Positions 1-13,617 of a stretch of 64,000 nt of DNA are shown in pieces. Positions within the stretch are counted from its first letter, which is position 1. The number at the start of each line of letters is the position of its first letter. The notes beneath the pieces were generated by a model that saw only the letters and a list, made by a program, of their open reading frames with translations, was not told the DNA's origin and did not search any database. The position numbers and the translations under genes are program-made. This DNA comes from Octopus sinensis. Its lineage: Eukaryota. Location of the stretch: the NCBI RefSeq assembly GCF_006345805.1, contig NC_043003.1, positions 72,850,001 to 72,914,000 on the forward strand. Direction: 5' to 3'.

Positions 1-2214
1 AATATTTGATTATACGTGGCATCATTTGCCCTGTAACCTGGAATCATCAAACTGGAACCAGCGTTAGGTCAACGCAATTTTCAGACATAAAATACAGTTG
101 CCGATTTAATTATGTATAACTGTTGAAACTAAATGTATTCACAATTGCCGCATATATTTTTGTGTGATTGGTTTTTGCATAATTAAATCAGAAATTTCAT
201 TAGTAGCTTTTTCGAATCAGATTTAAAATGAATGTTGACACATGTAATTTATTCATTGGTAAACATAATCTTGAGTACAAACTTGTTCAACTTGGAAAAT
301 ACTGAGTACGTTTGTATGAGATAGAAATATGGAGGAATAGCACTCCCTTTTTTGGCGACATCTGATGGCCCAGCTATCGTATTTATATGAGATGACGAAC
401 ATGCAGAGTCGTAAGAGGATCATTGAGGTATTTACTTGGGCTCTCTATTCTCTGAGGTCGAATCTCACCGAGGCCAACGTTGCGTTCTATTCTTCCCGGC
501 TCCAGAAATAGGGCATCAGTTCAGAGAGTGGACAAGCGAAATTGTTAAAGTACTGGACGAGGTGTCTTGCTTTAACTCTTCCGATGTTTAGTGTTCTGAG
601 TTCAAATTCTGTATTACATCATCGGCTTCCTGTTTGCGGGAAACGGTTCCGTTGTTACTCTGCGGCAGAAAATCAGTAGCAGACGAAAATCACCCAGCAT
701 CAAAGGTGAGAATACCGGATGAACATTTCTGCCTCATTGGGCTTTGTTGGTATCATACACCCACTGTTAATCACATGTCTAGACAAAATCCGTTCCTGCA
801 GTTAATGTGAAAATATCTTACTGTTCTTTTATGCAGACAATAAATAATTTGGTATCTTTCACATATGTGCTTCAGGGAGGCTTATCATCTCAATAGAGAA
901 GATGCACTTTAATTCTTCCGCTACCCAGTGAAGCAATAGTCTAAATCACTCTATAGAGCAATAGCTTATCAGGATATAACATTAACAGTCTTCTTGATTT
1001 GCATATAATATGGAAACAGTTCATTAAATATCGCGTATAAATTTATATTTAATATATACTTTCGGGGATGTAGCTGCTATTTCTAACATGTTGACCGATT
1101 GCATAGAGGTTCCCTGGGATAATTGACTTTCTTGCCGAATGTCAGTTATCGAGATTGCCTGTAAAATAATGAGACTGATTAAAACAATAGTAACCTCGCT
1201 CAGATACACAAAGAAAATAGTCACGTGCCTCGTTACAAAAATCAATAATTTTGGTTGGAAAAATGTTAAACACTTCTAGATTCAAACAACGAAAGAGAAA
1301 TGTGTAGGTGTATGATTAATCGATACCCAGACATATGGTTCTTAGTAGAATCGCTGGACACTAAAATGAACAAAGCATGCGAGATCAAACAGGACTAAAG
1401 CTTTTAAGAAAATTGGAAATCATTTGCTGTAAATCTGACAGATTTATTTTTTCCTCGAGATATTGAATTTTGGACTGTTCACAACTACTAATGCATAAAA
1501 TAGCTTTCAAAATTCTCAAATTTCAGTGCAGAGGAGGGGAAACTATATTTGCAGATTAAAATAGAAAGTTTTTTGATGCAATTTAAAGGTTTTGTAGCCA
1601 TTTGCAGTGATGTTTCGCATTTGATTTTACTTAGAAATTTTAATGAAAGCAAATTGGATTTGTCGTTTCTCTCGTGGAATGTTTGGCTGAAGAATTTTAA
1701 ACGCAGATTATTAAGTTGAAATGTTCAGAAGAATTGTAGGATTGTACATAAAATTACACTAACAAAGGTTAAGTACTGCTATTGTGGTTTAGCTTTGATG
1801 CAGGCAAATTCCAACAAACTTAAAATCCTGTCGTGACAATTTCGAACTTTTCTGGTAGAGTGTATTTAGGACTATGACGGCGGGGGTTTAATTTCTTTAT
1901 TTCGTATCCAAATCAGTCGACAATATTGTCGCTACAGATTTCACTTGCGTTTTGTGGATTGTTATCTGTATTAGGCTGTCGCTCTATCCAGGATCACATT
2001 TATTCTTTACTATATTTATGTCACGTGCATCGTCATCTCCAGTTTTCTTTGCGTTAAGCGGTAATCCTCGTCCTTGTTGATAAGTTCGTGTTCCGAAATG
2101 AAGTCAACTCATGAAATTCCGACTCAGGAGTGACGAAATTGTAAGGTAGCCAATCAGGTATATTAAACATTCTATCAACTAATCACATTTAAAAGAACAA
2201 GAGCAACAACAGCG

Positions 2215-2288
<74 letters not shown>

Positions 2289-2896
2289 CACTACTACTGC
2301 TGCTGCTGCTGCTGCTGCTACTGCTTCGGCTGCTGCTACAGCAACCACAACAATACCAACACCAACAATATTGCTTCTAGCATAGGAAAAAGGCCAGAAT
2401 TTTTTTGAGGAAGGAGTCAATTAATTCATATCCAATATTTGACTGGTCCTTTATGTTATCGACTCTAGAGCTGTGAAAGGCAAAGATAACCTCACCGGGA
2501 TTTTGAACTGAGACTGTAGAAAGAGCCATAATTAAATGCTAGACGACAATTTTACAGACTCCTAGCGATTCTATCCATCACTAGCAGCAGCATCCCTCCT
2601 CCTCCTTCTCATCATCATCATCATCATCACCATCATCATCACCACCCACTAAACAGATTGTCTGAAATAATTTTCCCAATACCGACCAACATGTCAATGC
2701 AGTAATTTACCAGAAAAAAGTAAAGCCTATACACTTGATGGGCAAGTTGTTGTTGCTATTGCTGTTATTGTTCGTGTGTGTGTGTGTGTGTGTGTGGATT
2801 TGTGTGTCCATATGCCTGCATATCAGTCTGTATGTATGTGCATGTCCGTCTGTAGCTTGCAATAGTTTACATACATAAGAACTTCAGTAATAATAG

Positions 2897-3108
2897 TTTC
2901 AAATTCTGGTACAAGGCCAGCAATTTCCGGGGCAGGGAGTAAATCGATTATATCAGCCCAGTGCTCAACTGGTACTTATTTTATCGACCCAGAAAGGATA
3001 AAAGGCAAAGTCGACCTCGGTGGAATTTTAACTCAGAACGTAAATACGAACGAAATGCCGCTAAGCATTTCGCCCGGCGTGCTAACGATTCTGCCAGCTC
3101 GCTGCCTT
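2897..3108 (-). mobile_element. tRNA-derived SINE, family A (head GGCGGCGAGCTGGCAGAATCGTTAGC)
   Basis: Reverse strand reads GGCAGCGAGCTGGCAGAATCGTTAGCACGCCGGGCGAAATGC...GTTCTGAGTTAAAATTCCACCGAGG. The same unit recurs many times in the window (e.g. 41169-41379). Confidence 0.85.
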
Positions 3109-3289
3109 AAGAACTTCAGACACCATTACAGCGACGTCTTGCGGAAGAAATGAAAAACATTATCCCTGGCCAGAAACGTGAGAGTGTAGACAACGCTTTC
3201 ACTATTGTTTATATGGTGGTGATTATGATGGTAGTGAGGTTGTAATTTTGTGGATAGGTACTGTAGTTAAGTATTTTTTTATCTTCTAC

Positions 3290-3617
3290 TTGTTTTAGTC
3301 ATTTGATTGCAACTATGGTGGGGCACAGTCTTGAAGGGTTTTAATCGAATAAATCGGACCACAAGACATTTTTTCAAGCTTAGTACTTATTCTATCGATA
3401 TATTTTGCCGAACCGCTGATTTACGAGGACTTAAACACACCAAAACCGGTTGTCAAGCGGTGATAGGGGACAAACAGATACAAAAACACACGCGTAGACA
3501 CACACACACACACACATAAAGATTTGATCGGCCCGACGCAATAGCAGAAGACACTCGCTTAAGGTGACACGCAATGGGACTGAACCCCATCTTACCACAC
3601 AGCCATGCCTGCGCCTA
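3290..3617 (-). mobile_element. tRNA-derived SINE, family B (CORE-like body, internal CA microsatellite)
   Basis: Reverse strand starts GGCGCAGGCATGGCTGTGTGGTAAG and aligns by eye with the copy at 48709-49155. Confidence 0.75.
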
Positions 3618-4128
3618 AGCATATATAGTTTTGTGCTATAGTCTTATGTATAACAATAGGAAATCACTGTTTTGTTTTTCAATAGCTCAGTGTTGAGTTT
3701 GTGGAATTTCCAGTCTCTACCGTCACAGGCACCAGCACTATCAGCATCATCATAACCACTATCACTACCTACACTACCGCCTCTAATATCACCATAACCA
3801 CCTCTACCATCAATCACCATCAATACCTACCATTTAACTACCATTGCCATCAACATTACAACCATCGCCATCAATCAACAACACCTGACTGGTTAGCAAA
3901 CTAACTGATAGACCTTCATTAATCTGTCATTAGCCTATACGCGCGCTACATAACTCCATCAGCCATTTTGTATATTCTGATACTACAATAGTAGCTGCAT
4001 CTCAGTCTAACAAATAGCGTACTACCTTCATTTGAACTTAATCACTCAATCAGTCTTTGCGTTTCTCATCATACCCTCATTTATATTATTTTCTGAAACC
4101 TCACCAGACACCACCCTCCGACGATATA

Positions 4129-4685
4129 TTGGGTTGTTCGGAAAGTTCGTGCCGATTTTTAAAGGAAAGGAAAAGGTCAATAAATATTTGCCATTACATT
4201 TTTTATCAACCAGATATGGACCATTTTGTTGCACAATGCGTCTCCATCTTTCCTTTAACTTGAAAAATATCCTCTTCTCAGAATTGAGGTGGTTTCATTC
4301 ATCAAGGTATCTTTTTACGTCATCCAAATAATTGAAATTTTTACCATTAAGACTATTCTGCAGAGACCTGAATAAGTGGAAAACTGAAGGCGCAATATCT
4401 GGTGAATATGGAAGGTGGGGTAACAGATCCCAGCCAAGCTGCAGCAAAGTTTGTCTGGTTCCCAAAGCATCAATTACCGAAAATGAACTTTCTTATCTTC
4501 CATTTTAAAAGGTTACAGAATTAACACAGGTTATAGGAACATAAACCTTCTTCCACGAAAAGATAACTTAAACTGTGCTCTAAATGGAGGTGTAGTCAAA
4601 GTCTATTTTCTGGACTCAACCATGTTCTAAAATAAGTAGAAAGGTAAGCTACTATAAATCGGCACGAACTTTCCGGACAACCCAA
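4129..4685 (-). mobile_element. Internally deleted mariner transposon (557 bp)
   Basis: 30-bp TIRs TTGGGTTGT(T/C)CGGAAAGTTCGTGCCGATTT at 4129-4158 and 4656-4685 with 1 mismatch, TA on both sides. Minus strand retains the transposase C-terminus GWDLLPHLPYSPDIAPSVFHLFRSLQNSL. Confidence 0.92.
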
Positions 4686-5454
4686 TATTTTACAGGTATC
4701 AAACCTTCAAGAACGTATTTCACGTGTTTACCAACCTTGCTTAAACATCTGACATCCTCTGTTTACCATATTTAAAGTCTTTGGCCTTTCTACATTCATT
4801 CTTCTCTCTACCCTTTGTTCATCTCGAAACATGGATTCTAATTCTCATATAACACTCTTCTTTCTTTTTCCCCCCTATCACTGTCACTTCAATTCTTTAA
4901 GCATTTAGCTGTCCACAACTCATCTAAAACTTTGGCCTTCTGTCGCTCGCTCTCATTTACGGTTACATCCACTTGCTCACTAGCAGTCGGTGAGAACGGC
5001 CCAATTTCATCACAACCACTAACACTACAATAAAACATGACCACTACTACTCTTACCACAACTAACAGAAACACCCCCCTCCATATTATTTCATCACTAT
5101 CACAGCCATTACAAAGATAGCAGCCGCTACTACAAACACCAACACTGCCGCTAATACCAACACCACCAGCAGCAGCAGTACCACTAACACCACAGCCCTC
5201 ACCACCACTACTACTTCCTGCACAGCTTGCACTATTATCAGCACTACCACCGTTACTATCATCAGCATAACTGTCTAAACAACTATTAAGCTTATAACAA
5301 AGTTCAATACCCTAAGCAGTACTATTACAAAATTACATACAACTACAAAAGCAACGTCACCAATCACATGACTAACTATAACATCACCACCAACAACGTC
5401 AACATTATATTACTGCAGCACTACTACAATGACAAGTTATTGCTACAACAACAC

Positions 5455-5474
5455 TACTGCTGCTGCTGCTGCTG

Positions 5475-5541
<67 letters not shown>

Positions 5542-5567
5542 TACTACTACTACTACTACTACTACTC
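5455..5567 (+). repeat. Compound (CTG)n(CTA)n microsatellite
   Basis: Direct reading. A similar (CTA)n(CTG)n array lies at about 2209-2340. Confidence 0.95.
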
Positions 5568-6004
5568 CGACAACGACAATTCTATAACAAGAACAAAGTG
5601 TGCTTTTACGATGAGTCAGAAGAAAATCAGTTGATTTTATCTGCCATAATTATCTCATGTTTGACCAATAATTATATTGGATATTCGGAAATAACTTTGG
5701 CGTGACACTTGACCTTCAGGGTCAGATCAAAGTTAGTTCTGAATCGTGATGGATAAAGAAACACCATAATGATAAAGTGTTTTTTTTTAATATTATTTAC
5801 AGATAGTTTATGTAATTTATTTAGAAATATTTCAATCAAGAAAAGGAGGTCAGGATAAAAAAAGAATTGAAAAGTGTATTGTGTTAAAAATAAATAAATT
5901 ATTCATTTGGAAATAATGATTTGTATACCAGGTCATAGAGACATGACGAAAAACACACACGTGTACGCACGCGCGCGCACACACACACACACTCATGTAT
6001 ATAT

Positions 6005-7520
6005 ATGATCATCATCATGATCATTTAACTTCTGTTTTTCTACTGGCATGGGTTGGACGATTTGACAGGCCGGCGGCCACGCTCGACTCCATTTTCTGTT
6101 CTGGCACGGTTTCTATGGCTGGATACCCTTCCTTAAGCCAACCACTTTACAGATTGTGCTGGATATTTTTAAGTCACCATCACCAGTGATTTTTACGTGG
6201 CACCAGCACAAGTATCAATTCTGCTGTGGTGGACAGGTCTTCTTGAATATAGCAAAGTGGCAGATATCTCGGTCCTTAGTCACCTCCTTTGTAAGGCTCA
6301 GTGTCTTGAAATCAGCCTTCAATACTGTTGTAAAGTGGGTTTCTCCCACTGGTTTGATGTGTGACTGCCGTTGTATTGTAGTTGTTGTTTACGCTAGTAG
6401 CCACAACAGTTACTAGTCATCGGATACTGTTGTATATCTTCGTACCGGAATAGTGAATACACCAACTTCTTCTGTCTCACTATCGCTGATAGCTCCACAA
6501 GACACCAACTAGAATTGTCGACTCTCAACTCTTCGACTCTCGACCCTCTCTTAACGACCGGCTACTGGTCTATTTATAATGGCTCACTCCTACCACTTTT
6601 TTTTACTGAGAGGAGCATACAGTTTCACTATGCAACTGTCTACATCCATACGCATCACATGATCAAATCAGCGCAGCTTTCCCTCTTGATATCTAATTCT
6701 CCTTATGCTTAACTTTTCTCTCAATACACTAGCGCTCTGTCACACACGTACACTGATATTGCACATCCAGTGGAGCATACTAGCTTCATTCCTCTTTAGT
6801 TTTCGCATGTTTTCTGCATTCAGGGCCTGTGTCTCACTATCGTGTTTGTATACATACATCATACAATCTTCATTTCACTCGGATATACCTTTGGTAGCCA
6901 ACAAGAGTAAAAGCTCTCAGAATTTTCTCCATCTTATTCATATTCAAGCGATTACGCTTTCCATTCATCCTCCTCCACAATTAATTAGATTTTCTTGGTA
7001 GCAGAAATTATCCACTATCTCAAAAGAGCCACCTGAACAGTTGAGAAAATCGATTTCCCGAGTTTCTGTAGTTTTTATGGCTCATGTGCATCTTCCACAT
7101 ATAAACACTACTTTTTCTGATAACCTTCCTATTATTCTACTACACATCTTGTGCACCCATAACTTGCTCTCGGTACACTGTATAGAATTCCTGCCTACAT
7201 CTTTCCTACATATCGAGGTGGGTGAGCAGTTACCTGATGGGTAAGTGTCTTACTAGAACCTTAGGCTAAGTTAACCTTAAGGCCTTTAGATTCTAGGTTT
7301 TGCTTCCGCACTTGGAATATTTTTCTAGTTCTGTTACTGAATCTGCTATAAGAGCAAGCTCATCAGCATATTGAAGTTCCTAGGGGTAGCCGGTTTTCAA
7401 TTCCTCTATTATGGTCTCCAGGACGATGATGAATAGGAGAGGGATGAGAATCGAACCCTGATGAACGCCTACCTGTACACTAAATTCATCACTACACCCA
7501 TGATTAACTCTCATCTTAAT
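6005..7520 (-). mobile_element. 5'-truncated RTE-clade (RTE-X-like) LINE, degenerate
   Basis: Minus strand gives VGVHQGSILIPLLFIIVLE and ELQYADELALIA (RT core), SKGLKVNL, a Cys-rich insert (KLWVHKMCS...CGRC) and C-terminal KADFKTLSLTKEVTKDRD. 3' end has CCAACCCATGCCAG and a TGA-repeat tail. Stops and frameshifts throughout. Confidence 0.85.
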
Positions 7521-8049
7521 GTGTATGTACACACACACACACACAGACACACACACACACACACACATATAAAAAAGAACAAAAGTAACGAATGTTATAT
7601 AAATATAGACTACATTTTAAATGTATCCCAAGTAAAACCATTTAGTAAACACGTAATCAAGGGTAGAATCGAAAGATAAGCTATCAAACTTTAATTCTCT
7701 ATTGTCTCAACTATTTCTATTTTCTTATCATAACTCAACAAGGATTACAATATAGTAAATTATGTGCTATGATTAACAGGATATATGGAACCGCCTTTGT
7801 ATTGTAATATAAACTATTCAAGAATTTTAAAGCATCATAGAAATTTCACTGTGAAAATTCTCAGATTGAGAGGGAGAAAATAGCTTTCAAAACATTACCA
7901 ATGTTAATCATACAGTTCATTTTCATTTTGCCAACCATTTTAAAGATATTTCAATTCATAGAATAATAAACACAAGGTTTAAAAGTAAAGATAATTTTCT
8001 TTTTCATTTTATTAAACCTAATTAGCGAAGTATTAGATATTGTATTGAT

Positions 8050-8770
8050 AAGTCATGGGTTTTTGTTCTATACATATGTTTTCATATAGTTGAGATAAAG
8101 ACCATATATATTTGATGCCTTCTTGACTCTATTTGTCATTTCTTGTAGTATAGCTTCGGTCTTGGTAATTAGAACGGTATCGTCTGTATACCTTTTGGCT
8201 AGAGATATGAGAGTCATATATCTTGATGTCCCCTTCTTCCTACATTGTTTCTCGCATTATCCAACCCGTGTAGATGTAAAACAAGAATGGAGAAAGAATA
8301 CAACCCTAACAAACCCCTTCCCATTTCTAGAAATATTTTGTGCTTTTATTATTTATTCGAATGCGGGTACTTCAGAATGCCGAGATTAGACAAGCTGCCC
8401 CGCGTGTTATATAGTTTGCACAATCAAAGTCCTTTCGGTAGTCAATGTAGTTAAAGAAAGTTGTAAGGTTGTGTGCTCTTGCTTTTGATTTCTGAAATTA
8501 TGTAGAGATTTTGCAGATGATCTTGTACCACGTCCCCTTCCAAGCCCGGCCTGTTCTTTAGGTATTTCTTCTTGGTCGCAAACATTTTAGGATGATGGCC
8601 AAAAGTACTTTACTTATATGTGGTATCAGAACGATTGTTCTATAATGTAAGGATGTTTGCAGCAATCTGAGGGACGTTCTTTCTCTCCAGATCTTACAGC
8701 AGAGGTTGTGGAGAATTGTTATAGCACTCTCTCCTTCACCGTTGATGAGTTCAATCGGCAAAAGTGAAGG
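8050..8770 (-). mobile_element. RTE-clade LINE RT fragment (inverted relative to the adjacent 3' part)
   Basis: Minus strand gives HYRTIVLIPHISKVLL, GRGTRD.., YIDYRKDFD, GCILSPFLFYIY and RYTDDTVLI. Confidence 0.8.
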
Positions 8771-8799
8771 TAGAAAGAAAAGAAAGATAACATTAATCT

Positions 8800-9210
8800 A
8801 GGTAGTGAGAGGCTCGAATACGTCGAATTGTACATAAAATAAATGCGTTTGAAATGTGGGTGTATAGGAAAATGTGTCTAACAAGGATCACAAAGCAAAT
8901 GAATGGGTGTTTCAACAAGTAGGTGAAAAGCGACAACTCCTGAAAATTGTGAAAAAGCAAAAGCTCATCTATTATGGCAATATTTGAAGGAGCAGAGGTT
9001 AGGAAAACATTATCATGGAAGGAAGAGTAAAGGACAGTAGATCAAGTGGCAGGCAAATAATGCAATAGTTGGAAACTATGGACGAGCTGCTTGGACAAAA
9101 GTTGCAAGATAAGTGGAGAACTCGCGCTTAATCGAGAAGACTTTCATAGTCGTTTCATCAAAGTGCTGTAGGTGTACGGCACATGCCGCTGTCGCCGACG
9201 ACGACGATGA
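8800..9210 (+). mobile_element. RTE-clade LINE 3' fragment
   Basis: KINAFEMWVYRKM, NEWVFQQVGEKRQL and KQKLIYYG motifs, ending in a short (GAC)n tail. Confidence 0.75.
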
Positions 9211-11244
9211 CCACGTATCTTGTTATAATATAAATACGCATACACTTATATGTATAAGTATGTGTATGTATATATGTATGTATGTATTTATATGCACACG
9301 CGCACACACACATGTATATATACGTGCAATCACAAGTACACAATATTAGTATTAATCTAGAAGAATTTATGCGCTACTCATAGTATAAATTATGTTGTGT
9401 TGTTATTGAAACATTACACATGCTTCATCATCATCAACTCCATTAACGTTGTGATTTAACGAAAAGACTAAAATTTAATTTCCATTTCACAAATGACTCA
9501 AAAGTTTAGTTTATGTTATCACGTTAAAGGCAAAAGCCTAAATCATAAGTTCGGTGTGAGTTGCAATGAACATCCCAGCGAAGAGATATATGATGGCGCA
9601 CAAGGGGATATGAGACTGTATTCAAGGATTTAACAATATTGAAACAGTTCAAATGTTTTGAGATATTGGTCAGATCTGAATATACTTGATATCATTTGCT
9701 TTCAAATAAAAACTAGTTATTGTTTTTCTATAATGAAGTGTGTTTATTGTATCGGCCTAAATCCTTCAACGTCGTTTTATTTTAGAGATAGTTTAAAATG
9801 CTTAGGAAGAAAAAAATTATCAATAAATATGAATTATAAAGTCCTCAGACTCCAAACAAGGACTCCAAACAATCAGCACAAAAACAAAAATAATAAAATG
9901 TATAAAATAAAAGTGGAATGTGTTGGCGGAGTTATTGGTGTCATTGCTAGATTCTGATTAGCCCTGAGATTAACTGTGTTGTCGAGTAATAGATGGAGAT
10001 GATAGTGAAAAGCTTTGTCATCGAGAGGAAGTGTTTCTCAAAATCGTTTTCGGTGTAATGTTACAGGAAGTCACTTGGGATAAAGAAAACTGAGGAAATC
10101 TGGCAACACTGAACAATAAAGTATGAATTTTAGAATCCACCAGAGAAGAATAATATAAAAGCTTGTGGAAAAAAATTGGTTCAACAAAACTGATTTCCCT
10201 TTGAAAGCGAAAATAAAAACAACAACAAAAACAAAAAAATAACAGCAAATAAAAAAACTATGTTGCTTTTCCACGAATAGAAATTCCAACCGAAGATATC
10301 AGTCAAGAAAAGTGCAAAACAACAACGTAAACAACATAAAACTTTGTACGCATATATATTTGTTTCTTTGGAAAGTTGATTGAATTTTGTACTTCATGAA
10401 TTTTCTTCAAGATTCTCAATTCCTAAGAAACTTGTTTGCATTCCATTCTGAAACCTAATCAAATCAATGACCTGACTGGTAATGAGGATCTTATCCTGAA
10501 ACAACTGTGTAGGGAAATTGTCTTTTCATGAATATTTCAACAAAGTTTTCTCCCCCCGCCAAATCCGGGATAGTTAAAAAAAGAGCAATACGAGTAGATA
10601 TTGTCTGGTATCACTATTATACACCGACAAAAGTAGCACATAAGAAAATCAAATGAGTACACAACAACACGTGTCTGATAGTGCCAAGATCCCAGGAAAC
10701 TGGCATAGCTTTTGGCAAATGCAGATAAAAAGAAAAGAGTTATTTACATACCTTTCAACAAAACTTAAGGAAGTTCAGTTCCAAAACTATTAGTCTGCTC
10801 ATTTTCGGATGCCACGAACTCAATGCAGAAAATGAGACAACCATTGGGTAATGCAATTCTGAGAAAATAGATACTCTGGTACACTATCTTCCTGTCCTCC
10901 AATATTATCTTTGGAATAGTTCATACCAAATACACAGATATTGAAGAAATACTGCTCAGAAATTTCCATTGCTTCTTCACTGCAAATCTCAACTCATAAA
11001 TCTTGATTTTATTACAAAATTAGAAAAGAAATTTTCAAACTTAGGGGAGACTACATGTAAAGGTGTGAATATCTTTTATGCTTTCTTTGGTTCAGAAAAC
11101 ACCACATCAGCTTTCATGATTAATAGAAACAATGTTGTTTCAAGATGAAGGACAAACCTACCGAAGAATTCATAACTGCCGTTAGAACACAAGTCAATTA
11201 TTACAATTTGAAAAATGTTGTGGTGCATTTTATCTTCAATTTGT

Positions 11245-11630
11245 GGAGTGGAAGCACTCCGTCGGTTACGACGACGAGGGTTCCGGTTGATCCGATCAAC
11301 GGAACAGCCTGCTCGTGAAATTAACGTGTAAGTGGCTGAGCACTCCACAGACACGTGTACCCTTAACGCAGTTCTCGGGGATATTCAGCGTGACACAGAG
11401 AGTGACAAGGCCGGCCCTTTGAAATACAGGTACAACAGAAACAGGAAGTAAGAGTGAGAGAAAGTTGTGATGAAAGAGTACAGCAGGGATCACCACCATC
11501 CCTGCCGGAACCTCGTGGAGCTTCAGGTGTTTTCGCTCAATAAACACTCACAATGCCCGGTCTGGGAATCGAAACCGCGATCCTACGACCGCGAGTCCGC
11601 TGCCCTAACCACTGGGCCATTACGCCTCCA
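11245..11630 (-). mobile_element. Intact tRNA-derived SINE, family C, with 11-bp TSD
   Basis: Head GGAGGCGTAATGGCCCAGTGGTTAGGGC...GGTTTCGATTCC with A/B-box-like motifs. Direct repeat CTTCAATTTGT at 11234-11244 and 11631-11641. Confidence 0.92.
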
Positions 11631-12806
11631 CTTCAATTTGTACCCAGTGAGTCTTGTACTGATGGTTCCAATCAACTGAGTATAAATATTTTCTCTCACA
11701 AGTCTAAAGAATTAGAGAATGTCTCCAACGAGTGATGGATAAGACCAAGATGTCAAAGGGACAACTTTCAAGCAAGATTTTGGATTACAGCCCATGGACC
11801 AATCATACCTCTGCAAAACTATTGAAAACAAGGAAGGCTATGAGGAAGACAAACGGCTTGCTTGAGTTTCGACTACGTTATTCTTGCAAAATATGTTCTT
11901 AATCGCATGAAATATGTTCTCATTGTGCAAATGTAACAAAGTAAAAGTGAAATGAACATATTTATGTGTCTGAATATAGCCTAATAAATGGCTCATACAT
12001 GCTTCCAAGTCAAAAAACATAGCTTAATATATTATTTTATAACAAGTTTTAAAACATTTTCAGAAATTGTAAAACTATTTAATGCATTTAATACTTTTCT
12101 TTAAATTTTTGGCATCTTTGATGAATTGTGGGATATGTAATATTATACAAACTTTTGATATAAAATTTGATGATTTTCTTTTTGTTCTTAAGTATTTTTG
12201 AAATATATCTAAAATAAGATTATGTTAAAGGATTTACACTGATATAAACAGAATACCTTACAGAGCCGAAATAATTGCAAGTATGATTGAAAATTTTTAT
12301 TTGGAAGCAAATGACATCAAATGTACTTATATCGGACTAGTCAAAAGTAAAAGCTTTGTGAATGTTCTTACTTTCTTGGAAGATACAGGTTCAGGACTCC
12401 TTTGGGTCTTACATACCCCCTACAAAGGTGATTAGTGTCTACCTCAGCAGAAGATGCAATTGAGATACTTAGCTTTACTCGTATAGATAGCATCACTTAC
12501 TACTTTACTCCAGTCAATTTGTTTTGAGGGATCTTCCACTAGTATTTTGTTCTTGCGTTAATTTTTCAGGCTTCCGAAACGTTAAGTTATCTATTCCTCG
12601 TGATAATTGAACTAGTACAGCTATTCCATGAAATCTGCTAAAGTTGAAATTGCGACACAACATTCCATTATGCAAACCACTGCATATCGAAACATACAGA
12701 ATGGTCTAAAGTTAGGCTGAGTCATGGTTCACTTTGAGCAAAAGATCTTTCAGCTGATTATTTACCCCCATCCCTAGGTGAGCGCCTCGAGTAATGACTC
12801 TGTTAG

Positions 12807-12895
12807 CACAACAACAACAACAACGACAACAACAACAACACAACAACAACAACAACAACAACAACAACACGACAACAACAACAACAACAACAACA
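12807..12895 (+). repeat. (CAA)n microsatellite
   Basis: Direct reading. Confidence 0.95.
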
Positions 12896-13617
12896 AAGTC
12901 GACTACATTACTAACAAAAGCAATAATATCCTTATCATTTTCGCAAACAATTAACCATTACTATGAATGTCTTCAACAATGCCCAGCCTGTGACGTTCAC
13001 CAATATAACTCGGAGTATACAATATTTGTTCATGCCTGACATTACCAAGTGAAATGGTAGGTCAGTAAACGTGACCTTTTCCAAGGTCAGGAATATAAGT
13101 GAGGTGAGGAGGACGTTATCCTCAGACGAGAAGGTTGCCTCGAATACTTACGGCAGAGTGAATTCGGCTAAAGGCACCATCCACAGGTTAGCTGGTTGCG
13201 TTAAACTTGGCAACAGACAAGAACTATACTTTTATAGGCTTCAATCTCGGTTTACTTTTATCGAATTTCACTTTGGTGTAGCCCAAGCTAAAAACGAAAA
13301 CACTTGTACATCAATGTATGGTGATACAGGATTGAATCTGAAACCAAGGAATCGCAAAGTATATGTTTGTGCTCATTGTAAGGGATGGATTCAGATATTT
13401 AGAACCATGGGTCCGTAGATATTATTTCGACTTTTAACTTTCTACCTACGTAGCAGAGGTAATTTGGCACTAGACATCGATAGCAACGGCGCTAACAGTG
13501 ACATATCTCCATCAAAAATAATCATACTTAAGACAAGCCATCATCACGACAGCAAACACTGCCGCTTCTAGAATCGCTACTGTCAATACCAACACTACTG
13601 TCACGACTGTTACCACA

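Noticed and set aside
615-716. Open frame YIIGFLFAGNGSVVTLRQK ending at a GTGAGA donor-like site
   Set aside because: It begins directly at a SINE remnant, with no acceptor site and no recognisable protein family.
11560-11630. tRNA gene-like sequence (also 24051-24120 and 43180-43249)
   Set aside because: These are SINE heads that continue into SINE bodies; the acceptor stem is not intact.
13071-13418. 115-aa non-repetitive ORF
   Set aside because: It starts at GTG, has no recognisable domain and has no supporting exon context.
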